From the NCBI GenBank assembly GCA_012799365.1, contig JAAZLJ010000087.1, positions 393 to 64,392 of the forward strand: 64,000 nt of DNA, given 5' to 3'. The notes under the pieces are model-generated. The model saw only the letters and a list, made by a program, of their open reading frames with translations. It searched no databases and was not told the origin of the DNA. Of this stretch, positions 16,134 to 24,887 are shown piece by piece. The stretch comes from Syntrophomonadaceae bacterium (GTDB taxonomy: Bacteria > Bacillota > Syntrophomonadia > Syntrophomonadales > Syntrophothermaceae). Position 1 is the first letter of the stretch. Every line of letters starts with the position of its first letter. The translations under genes were made by a program, and so were the position numbers.

Positions 16134-16659
16134 TGTTTTAACTGTTATTTCCCGTTGGGCGATACCTTTTTTGCTCCTGGTTATACCCGTGTATGGGTTT
16201 TTACGCAAGGTGCCGGTTTATGAGGCTTTTATAGAAGGAGCCGAGGAGGGTTTTACCACTGCGGTGAAGATCATACCTTTCCTGGTGGGGATGCTGGTGG
16301 CCATATCCGTCTTCCGAGCTTCCGGGGCCATGGAATCTCTGTCCCAGCTGTTGGGCCCGGCCCTGAGAACTATCGGCACTCCGGCTGAGGTACTGCCTCT
16401 GGCCATTATGCGGCCGCTATCTGGCAGCGGAGTACTGGGCATGGCCACGGAGCTTATGCGTACCTATGGGCCAGATTCCTTTATTGGGCGTCTGGCTTCT
16501 ACTATGCAGGGTACCACCGATACCACCTTCTTTGTGTTGACGGTCTACTTTGGTTCGGTAGGGATAACCCGCTACCGTTATTCCATTATCACCGGGTTAA
16601 CCGCGGACATCACCGGCCTCCTGGCTTCGATATACATATGTAATCTCCTGTTCCGTTAA
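16117..16659 (+). CDS. spmB: Spore maturation protein B
   Basis: ATG at 16117 after GGGGGAGGG gives MTVLIDVLTVISRWAIPFLLL. Overlaps the spmA end by 17 nt (track ORF starts at 16069). Confidence 0.85.
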   Translation: MTVLIDVLTVISRWAIPFLLLVIPVYGFLRKVPVYEAFIEGAEEGFTTAVKIIPFLVGMLVAISVFRASGAMESLSQLLGPALRTIGTPAEVLPLAIMRPLSGSGVLGMATELMRTYGPDSFIGRLASTMQGTTDTTFFVLTVYFGSVGITRYRYSIITGLTADITGLLASIYICNLLFR

Positions 16660-16685
16660 CTGGTAGTGAGGTGACGGGAAATATT

Positions 16686-16915
16686 TGGAACCGCAGATAT
16701 ACGCAGATGCACGCAGATTAACCACGAAATGGACGTAGAATACACAGAAAACTTATGAAAATAACTTTTATAGGGAATGCGGTAAACCGGGTGGAATAAC
16801 CTACGAAGGCGGTGGTAGTGCAACAGCAAAGCCGAGAGCGGTGAAGCGGAGCGAGCCGGTTAATACTCTTCGAATAATATGCTGTTTTCAGACCGACATG
16901 AGGGTCTACACTCAG
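16686..16915 (+). repeat. Mosaic intergenic repeat (module A array plus degenerate B/C modules)
   Basis: Three exact CGCAGAT at 16692, 16702 and 16712. GCGGAGCGAGCCGGTTAATACTC and GCTGTTTTCAG match other copies. Confidence 0.85.
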
Positions 16916-18111
16916 GAGGCCGGGGGTTGGGGCATGACGATGGAGTAGTAAACTCGTTTGACCGAGGAAACGAAGGAAGCCAGCTCGAAGGTCATTTGTT
17001 TATAACTCTGTTTAAGAAGGGGGAGGGTAGGCTCTCCTTTTTTACGGATCACAGCTACGGCCAATAGAAACCCGAAGAAAACTACGTAGATAATAGAGTG
17101 ATAAACTGGAAGAGTATGGGTGGTAAATTCGAACAGCCGAAAGATATTCGGGAACATCATCAGTGATAATGACACCGCCAGGAGTCCAGTCGGAAGGATG
17201 GTAGACCGGTGGTCTTTGAGGTTAAGGACCTGTGCCAGAATAGATACGGCCAGGTAATAAATTAAGCTAAATCTTACGAAGTTACCGGAAACCCAAATCG
17301 CTACTATGGCTGCTTCTATGCGAGTTATGAATCCACCGATAGCGACCTGGCGAATGGCCGAAAGGACAGAGTCACTAAGCAGAGCACCGTATTCGGTGGG
17401 GAAAACGATTTGGACAGTCGCTACGGTAAGAAATATAACTCCAGTGGTGGTTATTGCATACCCGATACCGGCCTTAAATGCTGATACAGGGGAATCAAGT
17501 TTTTCCAGGATAAAAGCCAGCAAGGCTACCTGGGTTACCAGTTTTAGCTGAATTCCCGTCCCGGCCAATAAAGGCTGCCACCCTTTTTCCAGCACCGGAG
17601 TCAGATTGGAAAAGTCAGCCTGGGGTAGTGAAAAAACTGTAATGGTTGCTACCAAAAGGAACATTAAGACACCAATTAGTTCAGCGGCCCTTCCTATAAT
17701 CGTAATTCCCTGGTAGACCGAGAAGCCAGCTACCAGCAGGGCCAGGCTGGCTACAACAACGATAGGTGTTAGCGGTAGTATGTCGAGAGCTAACAGGTCA
17801 GTAAACTCTCTTACAGCTGTGGCCAGAAGTACCAGCAAGCTGAATACGAAAACCAGGCCCACCATCCGGGCGGGAATGTCCCCCAGGATGATCCCACAGT
17901 ATTGAATTAGATTTTGCCCGGGGAAGCGTAGTCCCGGTAGTACCACCAGAATGGAAAGCGGTAAAGTGATTAAACCAGTTAGAATAACCGATAACCATGC
18001 ATCCCTGCCGGAAGATTGCATTAAGAAGGTAGGGAAGTACAGGATGCCACTGGTGATAACCGAGATACTGAGCATCATCCACGCCTGTCGGGTAGAAACC
18101 CTGTCATTCAT
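16912..18111 (-). CDS. Spore germination protein, GerAB/GerKB (B subunit, APC-permease-like), copy 3
   Basis: About 10 TM permease-like protein. Paralog of 19499-20680 and 23769-24884. Adjacent to a GerxC gene. Confidence 0.85.
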   Translation of the reverse strand: MNDRVSTRQAWMMLSISVITSGILYFPTFLMQSSGRDAWLSVILTGLITLPLSILVVLPGLRFPGQNLIQYCGIILGDIPARMVGLVFVFSLLVLLATAVREFTDLLALDILPLTPIVVVASLALLVAGFSVYQGITIIGRAAELIGVLMFLLVATITVFSLPQADFSNLTPVLEKGWQPLLAGTGIQLKLVTQVALLAFILEKLDSPVSAFKAGIGYAITTTGVIFLTVATVQIVFPTEYGALLSDSVLSAIRQVAIGGFITRIEAAIVAIWVSGNFVRFSLIYYLAVSILAQVLNLKDHRSTILPTGLLAVSLSLMMFPNIFRLFEFTTHTLPVYHSIIYVVFFGFLLAVAVIRKKGEPTLPLLKQSYKQMTFELASFVSSVKRVYYSIVMPQPPAS

Positions 18112-18137
18112 AGCAGTAACTCCTTTGTCATGACAGT

Positions 18138-19289
18138 CTAGTATTTCAGCCTGGTAGTTTGAGACACCAGATTAACTCTCCTTATTTTGGCATCTACTTC
18201 GATCTCCAGTTTGATGGTGGGGAAGATGTCATCCCAGCGGTGGGCCAGCTCGGCCCACTGTCCGGGGTATTTTTTTCTAAGTGCATCACCAAAACCAAAG
18301 ATATCTGAGTTGAGGGTTTGCGCCTGGCGGACGGCCAGCGTAATCTGTTTCTTAATTACCTGTTCGATGTGTTGGTTTAGCACGGGCAGCATTTCCGGAG
18401 TGACCAGCTGGTGCAGGCATCGTTGTTCATAAAAAAAGCCTTCTTCTCTGACCTTGATGTGCATGATGATTTGTCCATCCCGGATTTCCGGCTTGATCTG
18501 GCTTTGGGCTCTGATATTTTCGATCAGTACTGGTTCACCTCCTACCGGACATGAGATGGTAATGGTGCCCCCGGTTACCATTTTAGGTCTTAACCATCGG
18601 TATCCCCGCGATTCTTCTTCGTTCAGCCATCCTACCAGTTTCCCTCTCTTAAAGACTGCGGTTCCCGACAGTTCAAGGTGTTTCTGGTTTTTTTCGCGTT
18701 CCACTATGGCTATCCCCGGTACCGTCGGTTCCATCCCGGGAGCCGCCGTTTTGGAGGTCAGGTCAGATACGGGTGTACGAGTATATATACCGGCCAGACG
18801 ATCCTGCTTCTTAATCATGGAAGCTAGGGCAGTAGCGGGAACCTTGTCTACCTGAGTGGGGACCGACAGGACGTCGGCGGCGGTGGTGTCCCGGGCCATG
18901 AAAACGTCTGCGCTTTCTCTTATATTACGGTTGCGAGCCAGGTAATCCACCAGTCCAGATAACCCTTTTCGTCCCAGATCTTCTCCCAATACCAGTACCG
19001 TAGAATGTTGAAACAGGATGCTGCGCGGGCTTTTGAGTGAGATTTTGCGGGCGGCGGTGGTGTAGGTATCATCGGCCGCAGAAACAGTGACGAAAGCAGA
19101 TTGCATCCCTTCTCCTCCGGGTTGTTCCGTTTGGGGAAATTGGATGGTGTAAAGTATTTGGTCTTGCTGGAAAGAATCCAGCCCCAGCCCAATGGCTACC
19201 GCGGTCTGGTTCACCTCTTTACGATCCCAGCACCCGGCGGTGGGGAGCAGACATAGTATGAGCAGTGATATCAGCAGCCTTTTAAACAA
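18138..19289 (-). CDS. Ger(x)C family germination lipoprotein, copy 3
   Basis: Probable TTG start at 19289 after AGGGGTGAG, giving a signal peptide LFKRLLISLLILCLLPTAGC (lipobox). The track start at 19460 runs through repeat DNA. Confidence 0.85.
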   Translation of the reverse strand: MFKRLLISLLILCLLPTAGCWDRKEVNQTAVAIGLGLDSFQQDQILYTIQFPQTEQPGGEGMQSAFVTVSAADDTYTTAARKISLKSPRSILFQHSTVLVLGEDLGRKGLSGLVDYLARNRNIRESADVFMARDTTAADVLSVPTQVDKVPATALASMIKKQDRLAGIYTRTPVSDLTSKTAAPGMEPTVPGIAIVEREKNQKHLELSGTAVFKRGKLVGWLNEEESRGYRWLRPKMVTGGTITISCPVGGEPVLIENIRAQSQIKPEIRDGQIIMHIKVREEGFFYEQRCLHQLVTPEMLPVLNQHIEQVIKKQITLAVRQAQTLNSDIFGFGDALRKKYPGQWAELAHRWDDIFPTIKLEIEVDAKIRRVNLVSQTTRLKY

Positions 19290-19295
19290 AATCTC

Positions 19296-19498
19296 ACCCC
19301 TACTTGAAAATAACTTTGAAACCGTAGATGCAAGCTGATGGACGCAGACAACGCTAAATATTATGAAAACGCTGAATGAATAGTTAGATGCTGATGTACT
19401 GCAGTCGACGAGCCGGGAAGCGAACGGGTTATCACACTCCGATAAACATGCTGTTTTCATGCCCCTGATGGTGATAGCTTCGCTACCATGGACGAATG
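19296..19498 (+). repeat. Mosaic intergenic repeat (A-B-C modules)
   Basis: TTGAAACCGTAGAT at 19316; CTGATGTACTGCAGTCGACGAGCCGGGAAGCGAACGGGTTATCACAC; hairpin TGATAGC-TTC-GCTACCA at 19472-19488. Confidence 0.9.
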
Positions 19499-20680
19499 TT
19501 ATGTATCTGCGTTGGCATCAATTTCTGAATTGATTGGTGTATCGGGTCGGGAGGGGCGTCCATATTTGATATGGGCCAGTATCAGCAGTATCAGGGGTAT
19601 GAACAGTGAATAGGTCAGGTAATAAGGAGCGATAAACCCCGGGTGGAATAATGCACTGTATTCAAGCACATTATCTCCCAGAAGAAAAGTTGTTACTGTA
19701 ACCACCAGGGCCAGGGGTAGAACCATAGGTTCATAACTGATCAAATTAAAACCCTGCGCCAGTGCCAGTGACGCCCAAATTAACCCCAGAGTAATACTGA
19801 CAAAAATTCCTGCCAGCCAGATCAACACCAGAAGTACCTCAACCCTTTGAATGAAGTCAGCTATATCTATCTGTCGGGCCACAACCAGGCCGGGGTATAT
19901 TAGACCCCGGGCCACATCAATCCCTAAAAACGTTATAACAGAAAAGAGCATTATCAATAAGAATAAAGTGCTGGCCGATACTCCCCATTTAACTATCCTG
20001 GGGGTTTGGGTGGTATTGGTTATAAAGGGGGCAATCATCACTATATTAATTATGTCGGAGAAGAAGGCGATAGGGGTAATACTGTTAAGCACCAGGTGCG
20101 GCAGGCCCCCTGCCATTACCGGCGTAAGATTAGTGAGCCTTACTTGTGGTAAGGCCAGGAAAAACAATATCAATATCAGACTGACTATAACCGGAAACAG
20201 CACCTGATTAACCCGGGCTACCACCTGGTAGCCCCGACGGGCGGCGTAAACCGAGGTCAACATTACTGCACCGATAAGTACGCTGATGGGTGTATCGGGT
20301 AAAAACCCGGTCAAGAAAAAGTCGGAGGAGATCCTCAGACCCAGGGCAGCCATATAAATGTACCACCAGGAGTAAAGAATAGCGATGAGGGTGCCGATAA
20401 AGGGGCCGGTCAGGGTTTTGCTGTATTCGACGATGGTCTTTCGCGGGAAATATTCACCCAGTTTTACAGCAATATTCCCTACCAGCAGGATAGCCGGCGC
20501 TGCCAGAAAAGGTATCAGCCACAGATCGCGGTTGGGATAGGGAGCAGCAGTAAGGGCGGGTAGAGCAACCGCCGCCACGCTGATTTTGGCTGAAATATAC
20601 AGCAGACAGATCTGTACCCAGGATACTTTCATTTTGCTGGTAAGCTTATCCGAACCCATCGCAATCACCCCAGGAGTCAA
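19499..20680 (-). CDS. Spore germination protein, B subunit (permease-like), copy 2
   Basis: Multi-TM paralog of the other two B subunits; an alternative start is M8 at 20659. Confidence 0.85.
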   Translation of the reverse strand: MTPGVIAMGSDKLTSKMKVSWVQICLLYISAKISVAAVALPALTAAPYPNRDLWLIPFLAAPAILLVGNIAVKLGEYFPRKTIVEYSKTLTGPFIGTLIAILYSWWYIYMAALGLRISSDFFLTGFLPDTPISVLIGAVMLTSVYAARRGYQVVARVNQVLFPVIVSLILILFFLALPQVRLTNLTPVMAGGLPHLVLNSITPIAFFSDIINIVMIAPFITNTTQTPRIVKWGVSASTLFLLIMLFSVITFLGIDVARGLIYPGLVVARQIDIADFIQRVEVLLVLIWLAGIFVSITLGLIWASLALAQGFNLISYEPMVLPLALVVTVTTFLLGDNVLEYSALFHPGFIAPYYLTYSLFIPLILLILAHIKYGRPSRPDTPINSEIDANADT

Positions 20681-20682
20681 AA

Positions 20683-20885
20683 TTTTGTAACCGCAGATGA
20701 TACTACTTTAAATTAGACGCAGATGGACGCTGATTATTATGATTCACGCTGATTTCTTAATTACTTTTAACACTGAAAACGCAGGGGAAGCAATAACACG
20801 GAATATTACCAAACGCTGAAAAAACAAGATAACCCCCCCACCGGGTCTTAACCAATCTGCGTTAATCAGCTTCTAATAACTTATT
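20683..20885 (+). repeat. Mosaic intergenic repeat (module A array; inverted A fragment at the distal end)
   Basis: TTGTAACCGCAGAT at 20685. 20711-20760 matches 11661-11710 at 44 of 50 positions. CCAATCTGCGTTAATCAGC near 20860. Confidence 0.9.
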
Positions 20886-20894
20886 GCAGTTAAG

Positions 20895-21098
20895 TCAAGG
20901 TTTGATGGTGAACAGCATTTCCAAACCCTTGACCGGGTTGGGCAGAGGCCAGTGGTAGAATTGACCCAGGCTGTAGACCACCCCAATGATGAATAACACC
21001 GAGAAGGCTGCCAGCTCCCTCCACATGCGCTGTTTTATCAGTGGCGGCACGTCGACCAGGATGATAATGACGAATACCAGTACCAGCAAAACTATCAT
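20895..21098 (-). CDS. Small two-TM membrane protein inside the germinant-receptor cluster (candidate D-type subunit)
   Basis: 67 aa with two hydrophobic helices separated by PPLIKQRMWRE. Same strand as the ger genes. Confidence 0.5.
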   Translation of the reverse strand: MIVLLVLVFVIIILVDVPPLIKQRMWRELAAFSVLFIIGVVYSLGQFYHWPLPNPVKGLEMLFTIKP

Positions 21099-21169
21099 TC
21101 TGCATCCCCCTTTATTTTGCTCTACATTATCTCCCTGCTCGAAACCTCCTGTTTCTCGCTCCCTTTCAC

Positions 21170-21252
21170 CGCCTCCGGCTTCGCCTTTAATTCCGCTAAT
21201 ATTTGCCGAAACATCGTCGGCTTCGTAAGTCGCTTCGCCGGGTTAACACATA
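21170..21252 (+). repeat. Repeat module D copy
   Basis: TTGCCGAAACATCGTCGGCTTCGTAAGTCGCTTCGCCGGGTTAACACA matches the 55971-56030 copy. Confidence 0.85.
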
Positions 21253-21357
21253 TTCTTTAAAAGTTGTTTTGTAATACTCTACCTTCGAAACCCCTTATTC
21301 AAATTGGTAAATATATGGACAAAAGAATAGTAGGTTTGGGTACCTCATGCCTTCTGC

Positions 21358-22491
21358 CTAATTCTTGAAAGTTAGTATCCTGGTGAGCAAACCGCTTCGC
21401 TTTATCTCTGATTGGGCATCGACCTTTACTTCTACGGTGGGGAATATGTGCTCCCAGTCTGGCTCTATCTGTTTCCATTCCCGGGGATAGGTGCGGCTGA
21501 GGGCCAGTCCAAAGCCGAAGATGTCGGAGTCCAGCTCCCGGGCCTTTTTTACCGCGGCCAAAACTTCTTGCTCAATTTGTCGGCTGCCAGCCTGTTCCAG
21601 TCGTTTAAGATTCTCCGGGGTAAGCAGGTTATCAGTATCTCTCTCCTCATAGAAATTGGCTGTCTCCCGGATATCGATAGACATAATTATCCTCCCCTTG
21701 CTATCTATTTCTGGTTTTATTTTGCTCTTAGCTCTCAGGGTTTCCAGTGCTACCGGTTTCCCTCCGACTGGAGAGGGGAGAATTTTTATCCCGCCCCGAA
21801 TTCTTTTGGGTCTTAACCAGCGGTAACCCCGGGATTCCGGTTCATTCAGCCAGCCTACCAACTTCCCTTTTTTAATGACGGCCATTCCTGAGAGCTGAAG
21901 TCTTTTTTTCCCGGGTTGTTCCTCGACTATTTCTATCCCGGGGATAACCGGCTCCACGCCCGGGGCGGCTATTTTGCCCAGGAATTCGCCTATAGTAATC
22001 TCAGTGTACAGGCCGACACCGGGGTCCTGGGTCCTTATCATGGAGACCAGACCCTGGGCCGGTAGTTTTTCGATGGGGGTGGGTACTTCCAGTACCTCAC
22101 GGGCGGTCGCTCCTCGGGCGATGAAGATGTCCCCGGTTTCTCTTATGGTTTCGGCTCTGACCAGAAGGTCTAGCACGTCAGTCAGGTGCCCGGCCATATC
22201 TTCTCCCAGGACATGGACTGTTATGTGATGGGGCAGCTGTTTCCGCGGGGAAAAAAGGGTGGTATTCCTGAAGGCCGCTGAAACGGTATCACCAACCGCC
22301 GTAACCGTAGTAAATGGTTGGTTTGTACTGGCAAGTGCTGTTTGTGCGGTAACCATGATGCGGCCGCTGGTAGCCCGATCCCACCCGCCTCCGATGAGGA
22401 CTGCCGCCTGGTTAACTTCTATTCGTCCCCAGCAGCCGGAAGCCAGGGTGAGGATAATAATTATAAAGATAAGCCAGAATTTTTTCGGCAA
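21358..22491 (-). CDS. Ger(x)C family germination lipoprotein, copy 2
   Basis: Lipobox LTLASGC. Likely TTG start at 22491 after GGAGTG (track ATG at 22527). C-terminal domain is paralogous to the other C subunits (DSDIFGFG, YPREW). Confidence 0.85.
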   Translation of the reverse strand: MPKKFWLIFIIIILTLASGCWGRIEVNQAAVLIGGGWDRATSGRIMVTAQTALASTNQPFTTVTAVGDTVSAAFRNTTLFSPRKQLPHHITVHVLGEDMAGHLTDVLDLLVRAETIRETGDIFIARGATAREVLEVPTPIEKLPAQGLVSMIRTQDPGVGLYTEITIGEFLGKIAAPGVEPVIPGIEIVEEQPGKKRLQLSGMAVIKKGKLVGWLNEPESRGYRWLRPKRIRGGIKILPSPVGGKPVALETLRAKSKIKPEIDSKGRIIMSIDIRETANFYEERDTDNLLTPENLKRLEQAGSRQIEQEVLAAVKKARELDSDIFGFGLALSRTYPREWKQIEPDWEHIFPTVEVKVDAQSEIKRSGLLTRILTFKN

Positions 22492-22570
22492 ACTCTTCAC
22501 TCCTATGATTGATTGATATAGACCCATACAGGACCGATTTCGCGGTTCACCAAGTTAACATATTTCCTTC

Positions 22571-22625
22571 TCAGCATCAATAATAATTGAAAAGAAACCA
22601 GCGTTAATCTGCGTCTGATCTTAAT
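22571..22625 (-). repeat. Repeat module A fragment, reverse orientation
   Basis: AAACCAGCGTTAATCTGCGTCTGATC resembles the reverse complement of GATCAGACGCAGATTAACGCTG-type arrays. Confidence 0.7.
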
Positions 22626-22630
22626 ATTTC

Positions 22631-23815
22631 TTAATACCTGAATTCCAGAGTTCTGGTGGTAAGGTAGCTTCTTCGTACCTCCGATTGGACATCAAGCTCT
22701 ATCTTGACGGTGGGAAAGACTTCCTCCCAGTGTTCTTCCAACCGCGTCCATTCCCGGGGATAGGCAGAGTGCAGGGCTTGGCCGAAGCCGAAAATATCGG
22801 AATCCAGTTCCTGGGCTCTGGTAACTGCCGCCCGGACTTGTTCTGCGATAAGCTGCTCGGCTTCTCGGTTCAGTATCGGGATCATCTCGGGAGTAACCAG
22901 TTGGTGGCGGCACTTTTGTTCATAGAAGTTGCCTTCCTCACGGATCTTTATGTGCATTATGATTTCTCCGTCTTTTATTTCGGCTTTGATTTTGCTGGTT
23001 GAACGCAGGGTGTCCAGCAGGACCGGCTTATCGCATATTGGGCATTTAATAACTTTGGTGCCCCCTATAATCATTGTAGGCCTGAGCCAGCGGTAGCCCC
23101 GGGATTCCTTTTCGTTTAACCACCCCACCAGTTTAGCCTGTTTGAACACCGCGGTTCCGGAGATGCGCAGCCGCTTTTTTCCTCCTTCTTCTACTATCTC
23201 CACCCCGGGGGCCGTGGGTTCTATACCGGGAGTGATGCTCTGACCAAGGAAATCCCCAAGTTTAATCGGGGTATAAATACCCAGGCTGGTGTCCTGATTT
23301 TTTATCATGGATACCAGGGCCACCGCCGGGATTCTTTCCACCTCGGTGGGGACTTTTAAGACTTCTGAAACAGTTGCATTTCTGGTGATAAAAACGTAGC
23401 CAATTTTTCGGATCTGACGGTTTCTCTGTAACCAGTCAATTTCTCCCGCAAAACCCTGCCGGGAAAAGTTTTCCCCAAATACATAACAGGCAGCGTGCTG
23501 CCAGAGGGGGCCGCGGGGGGTGTTTAAATGTACTTTCCGAGCCCCGTCGGTAAAGGTGTCAGCAACCGTGGAAATGGTAACAAAGCTGGGACCGGTGGGG
23601 GCAGTCTTTTCTGTTCGGGTGGCTTTGCCTTTGGCTTCAGGGGGTGGCAGCGGGATTTGCTCGGTAAAACGCAGCTTATTTCCGGGGCAGGTATCCACGC
23701 CCGCCGCAATGGTCACGAAGCTTTCCTCTACTTCCTGGCGGTCCCAGCAGCCGGCCGAGAGGCCAAGGCTAGCTGCAAGTAGTATGGCTGTCCATTTTTT
23801 GAGCACGGTTTTCAC
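22631..23815 (-). CDS. Ger(x)C family germination lipoprotein, copy 1 (gerAC-like)
   Basis: Signal peptide MKTVLKKWTAILLAASLGLSAGC. Overlaps the upstream B gene by 47 nt. Third gene of an A-B-C operon. Confidence 0.9.
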   Translation of the reverse strand: MKTVLKKWTAILLAASLGLSAGCWDRQEVEESFVTIAAGVDTCPGNKLRFTEQIPLPPPEAKGKATRTEKTAPTGPSFVTISTVADTFTDGARKVHLNTPRGPLWQHAACYVFGENFSRQGFAGEIDWLQRNRQIRKIGYVFITRNATVSEVLKVPTEVERIPAVALVSMIKNQDTSLGIYTPIKLGDFLGQSITPGIEPTAPGVEIVEEGGKKRLRISGTAVFKQAKLVGWLNEKESRGYRWLRPTMIIGGTKVIKCPICDKPVLLDTLRSTSKIKAEIKDGEIIMHIKIREEGNFYEQKCRHQLVTPEMIPILNREAEQLIAEQVRAAVTRAQELDSDIFGFGQALHSAYPREWTRLEEHWEEVFPTVKIELDVQSEVRRSYLTTRTLEFRY

Positions 23816-24884
23816 CTCGTTTCCAGAGGGATATTAAGAAAAAAACCAGGGGCAGCACTACGGTAAAGAAAAGCAGAACCAGGTGGAATAGCTGGTCATG
23901 AAAGTTCTGAATTTGCGCTACATTATCAAAAATTAAGATACTTAATGGAGCAACTATCAGGGTCCCGGGCAATACCAGGGGGCGATGGTTTTGCAGGCGT
24001 AACAGGTCGGCACCGGTATGAGCAAAAAGAAATAAGAGTAAACTGGTCTTGATGACAATATTGTTTATCCAGACGGCAATCAACAAGGCATCCAATCGCT
24101 GGATAAACTCCCCCAGGTAGATACCTCTAACCATAGAGAAAGCAGGAAACGTGAATATACCGGCCAGGTAGTGATTGAAATAGGCGGTTATGAGCAGTAT
24201 GAAAGAACTGAACCAGAACATAGCGAATAGCACACTGACCAACAGGGGTATGCCGGCCCGCTTTTTGTCATGTATGAATGGAACCAGCAGTACCATCCAG
24301 AAGGCTTCTGTATAGGGGTACGTGTGCTTCCAGGAGGCCCGAGCCAGAAGCAGAATACCTTCAGGTAGTACTGGCAGGAGGTTATTCCAGTCCACCTGTC
24401 CGGTGACCGCCAGAAGAATTAACAGAGCAAAAATGGAGTTAACCCAGATGAGTATCTGACACAGTTGGGCGAGGGCCGTGATCCCCTGGCGGGCGATGTA
24501 GGCGCTGGCCAGAAGCAAAGCGGCAACCAGTACACTTATCGGTAGAACTACCATTACTACCGAAATGACGAAATCAGTAAACAGCCGGAGGGATAAAGCA
24601 CAGTGGAATAATATAAACACCAGGTAAAGCAGGATAATCAACCGGCCCACCCATTTCCCCATCAGGGACTCGACCAGGGGCACGAATCCGGTTTGACCCC
24701 GCTTTATAAGTTGGGAGTACAACCAGGCCAGGAGCAGTCCCCAGATTCCGCTCAAGAGTACCAGTATCCAGCCATTGCTCTGTGCGATTTCGATAACATG
24801 GCGTGGTTCGTATATAATAGCAGTGGCAAATATTATAAAGATGCTGATAGAGTAGAGCTGAAAGCCAGAGATCTTGTCATTCAT
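23769..24884 (-). CDS. Spore germination protein, B subunit (gerAB-like), copy 1
   Basis: Multi-TM permease-like protein; starts 3 nt after the A-subunit stop. Confidence 0.9.
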   Translation of the reverse strand: MNDKISGFQLYSISIFIIFATAIIYEPRHVIEIAQSNGWILVLLSGIWGLLLAWLYSQLIKRGQTGFVPLVESLMGKWVGRLIILLYLVFILFHCALSLRLFTDFVISVVMVVLPISVLVAALLLASAYIARQGITALAQLCQILIWVNSIFALLILLAVTGQVDWNNLLPVLPEGILLLARASWKHTYPYTEAFWMVLLVPFIHDKKRAGIPLLVSVLFAMFWFSSFILLITAYFNHYLAGIFTFPAFSMVRGIYLGEFIQRLDALLIAVWINNIVIKTSLLLFLFAHTGADLLRLQNHRPLVLPGTLIVAPLSILIFDNVAQIQNFHDQLFHLVLLFFTVVLPLVFFLISLWKRGENRAQKMDSHTTCS

Positions 24885-24887
24885 CCT

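Noticed and set aside
19290-19460. 57-codon N-terminal extension of the Ger(x)C gene
   Set aside because: The extension runs through the mosaic repeat. A TTG with an RBS at 19289 gives a canonical lipoprotein signal peptide.
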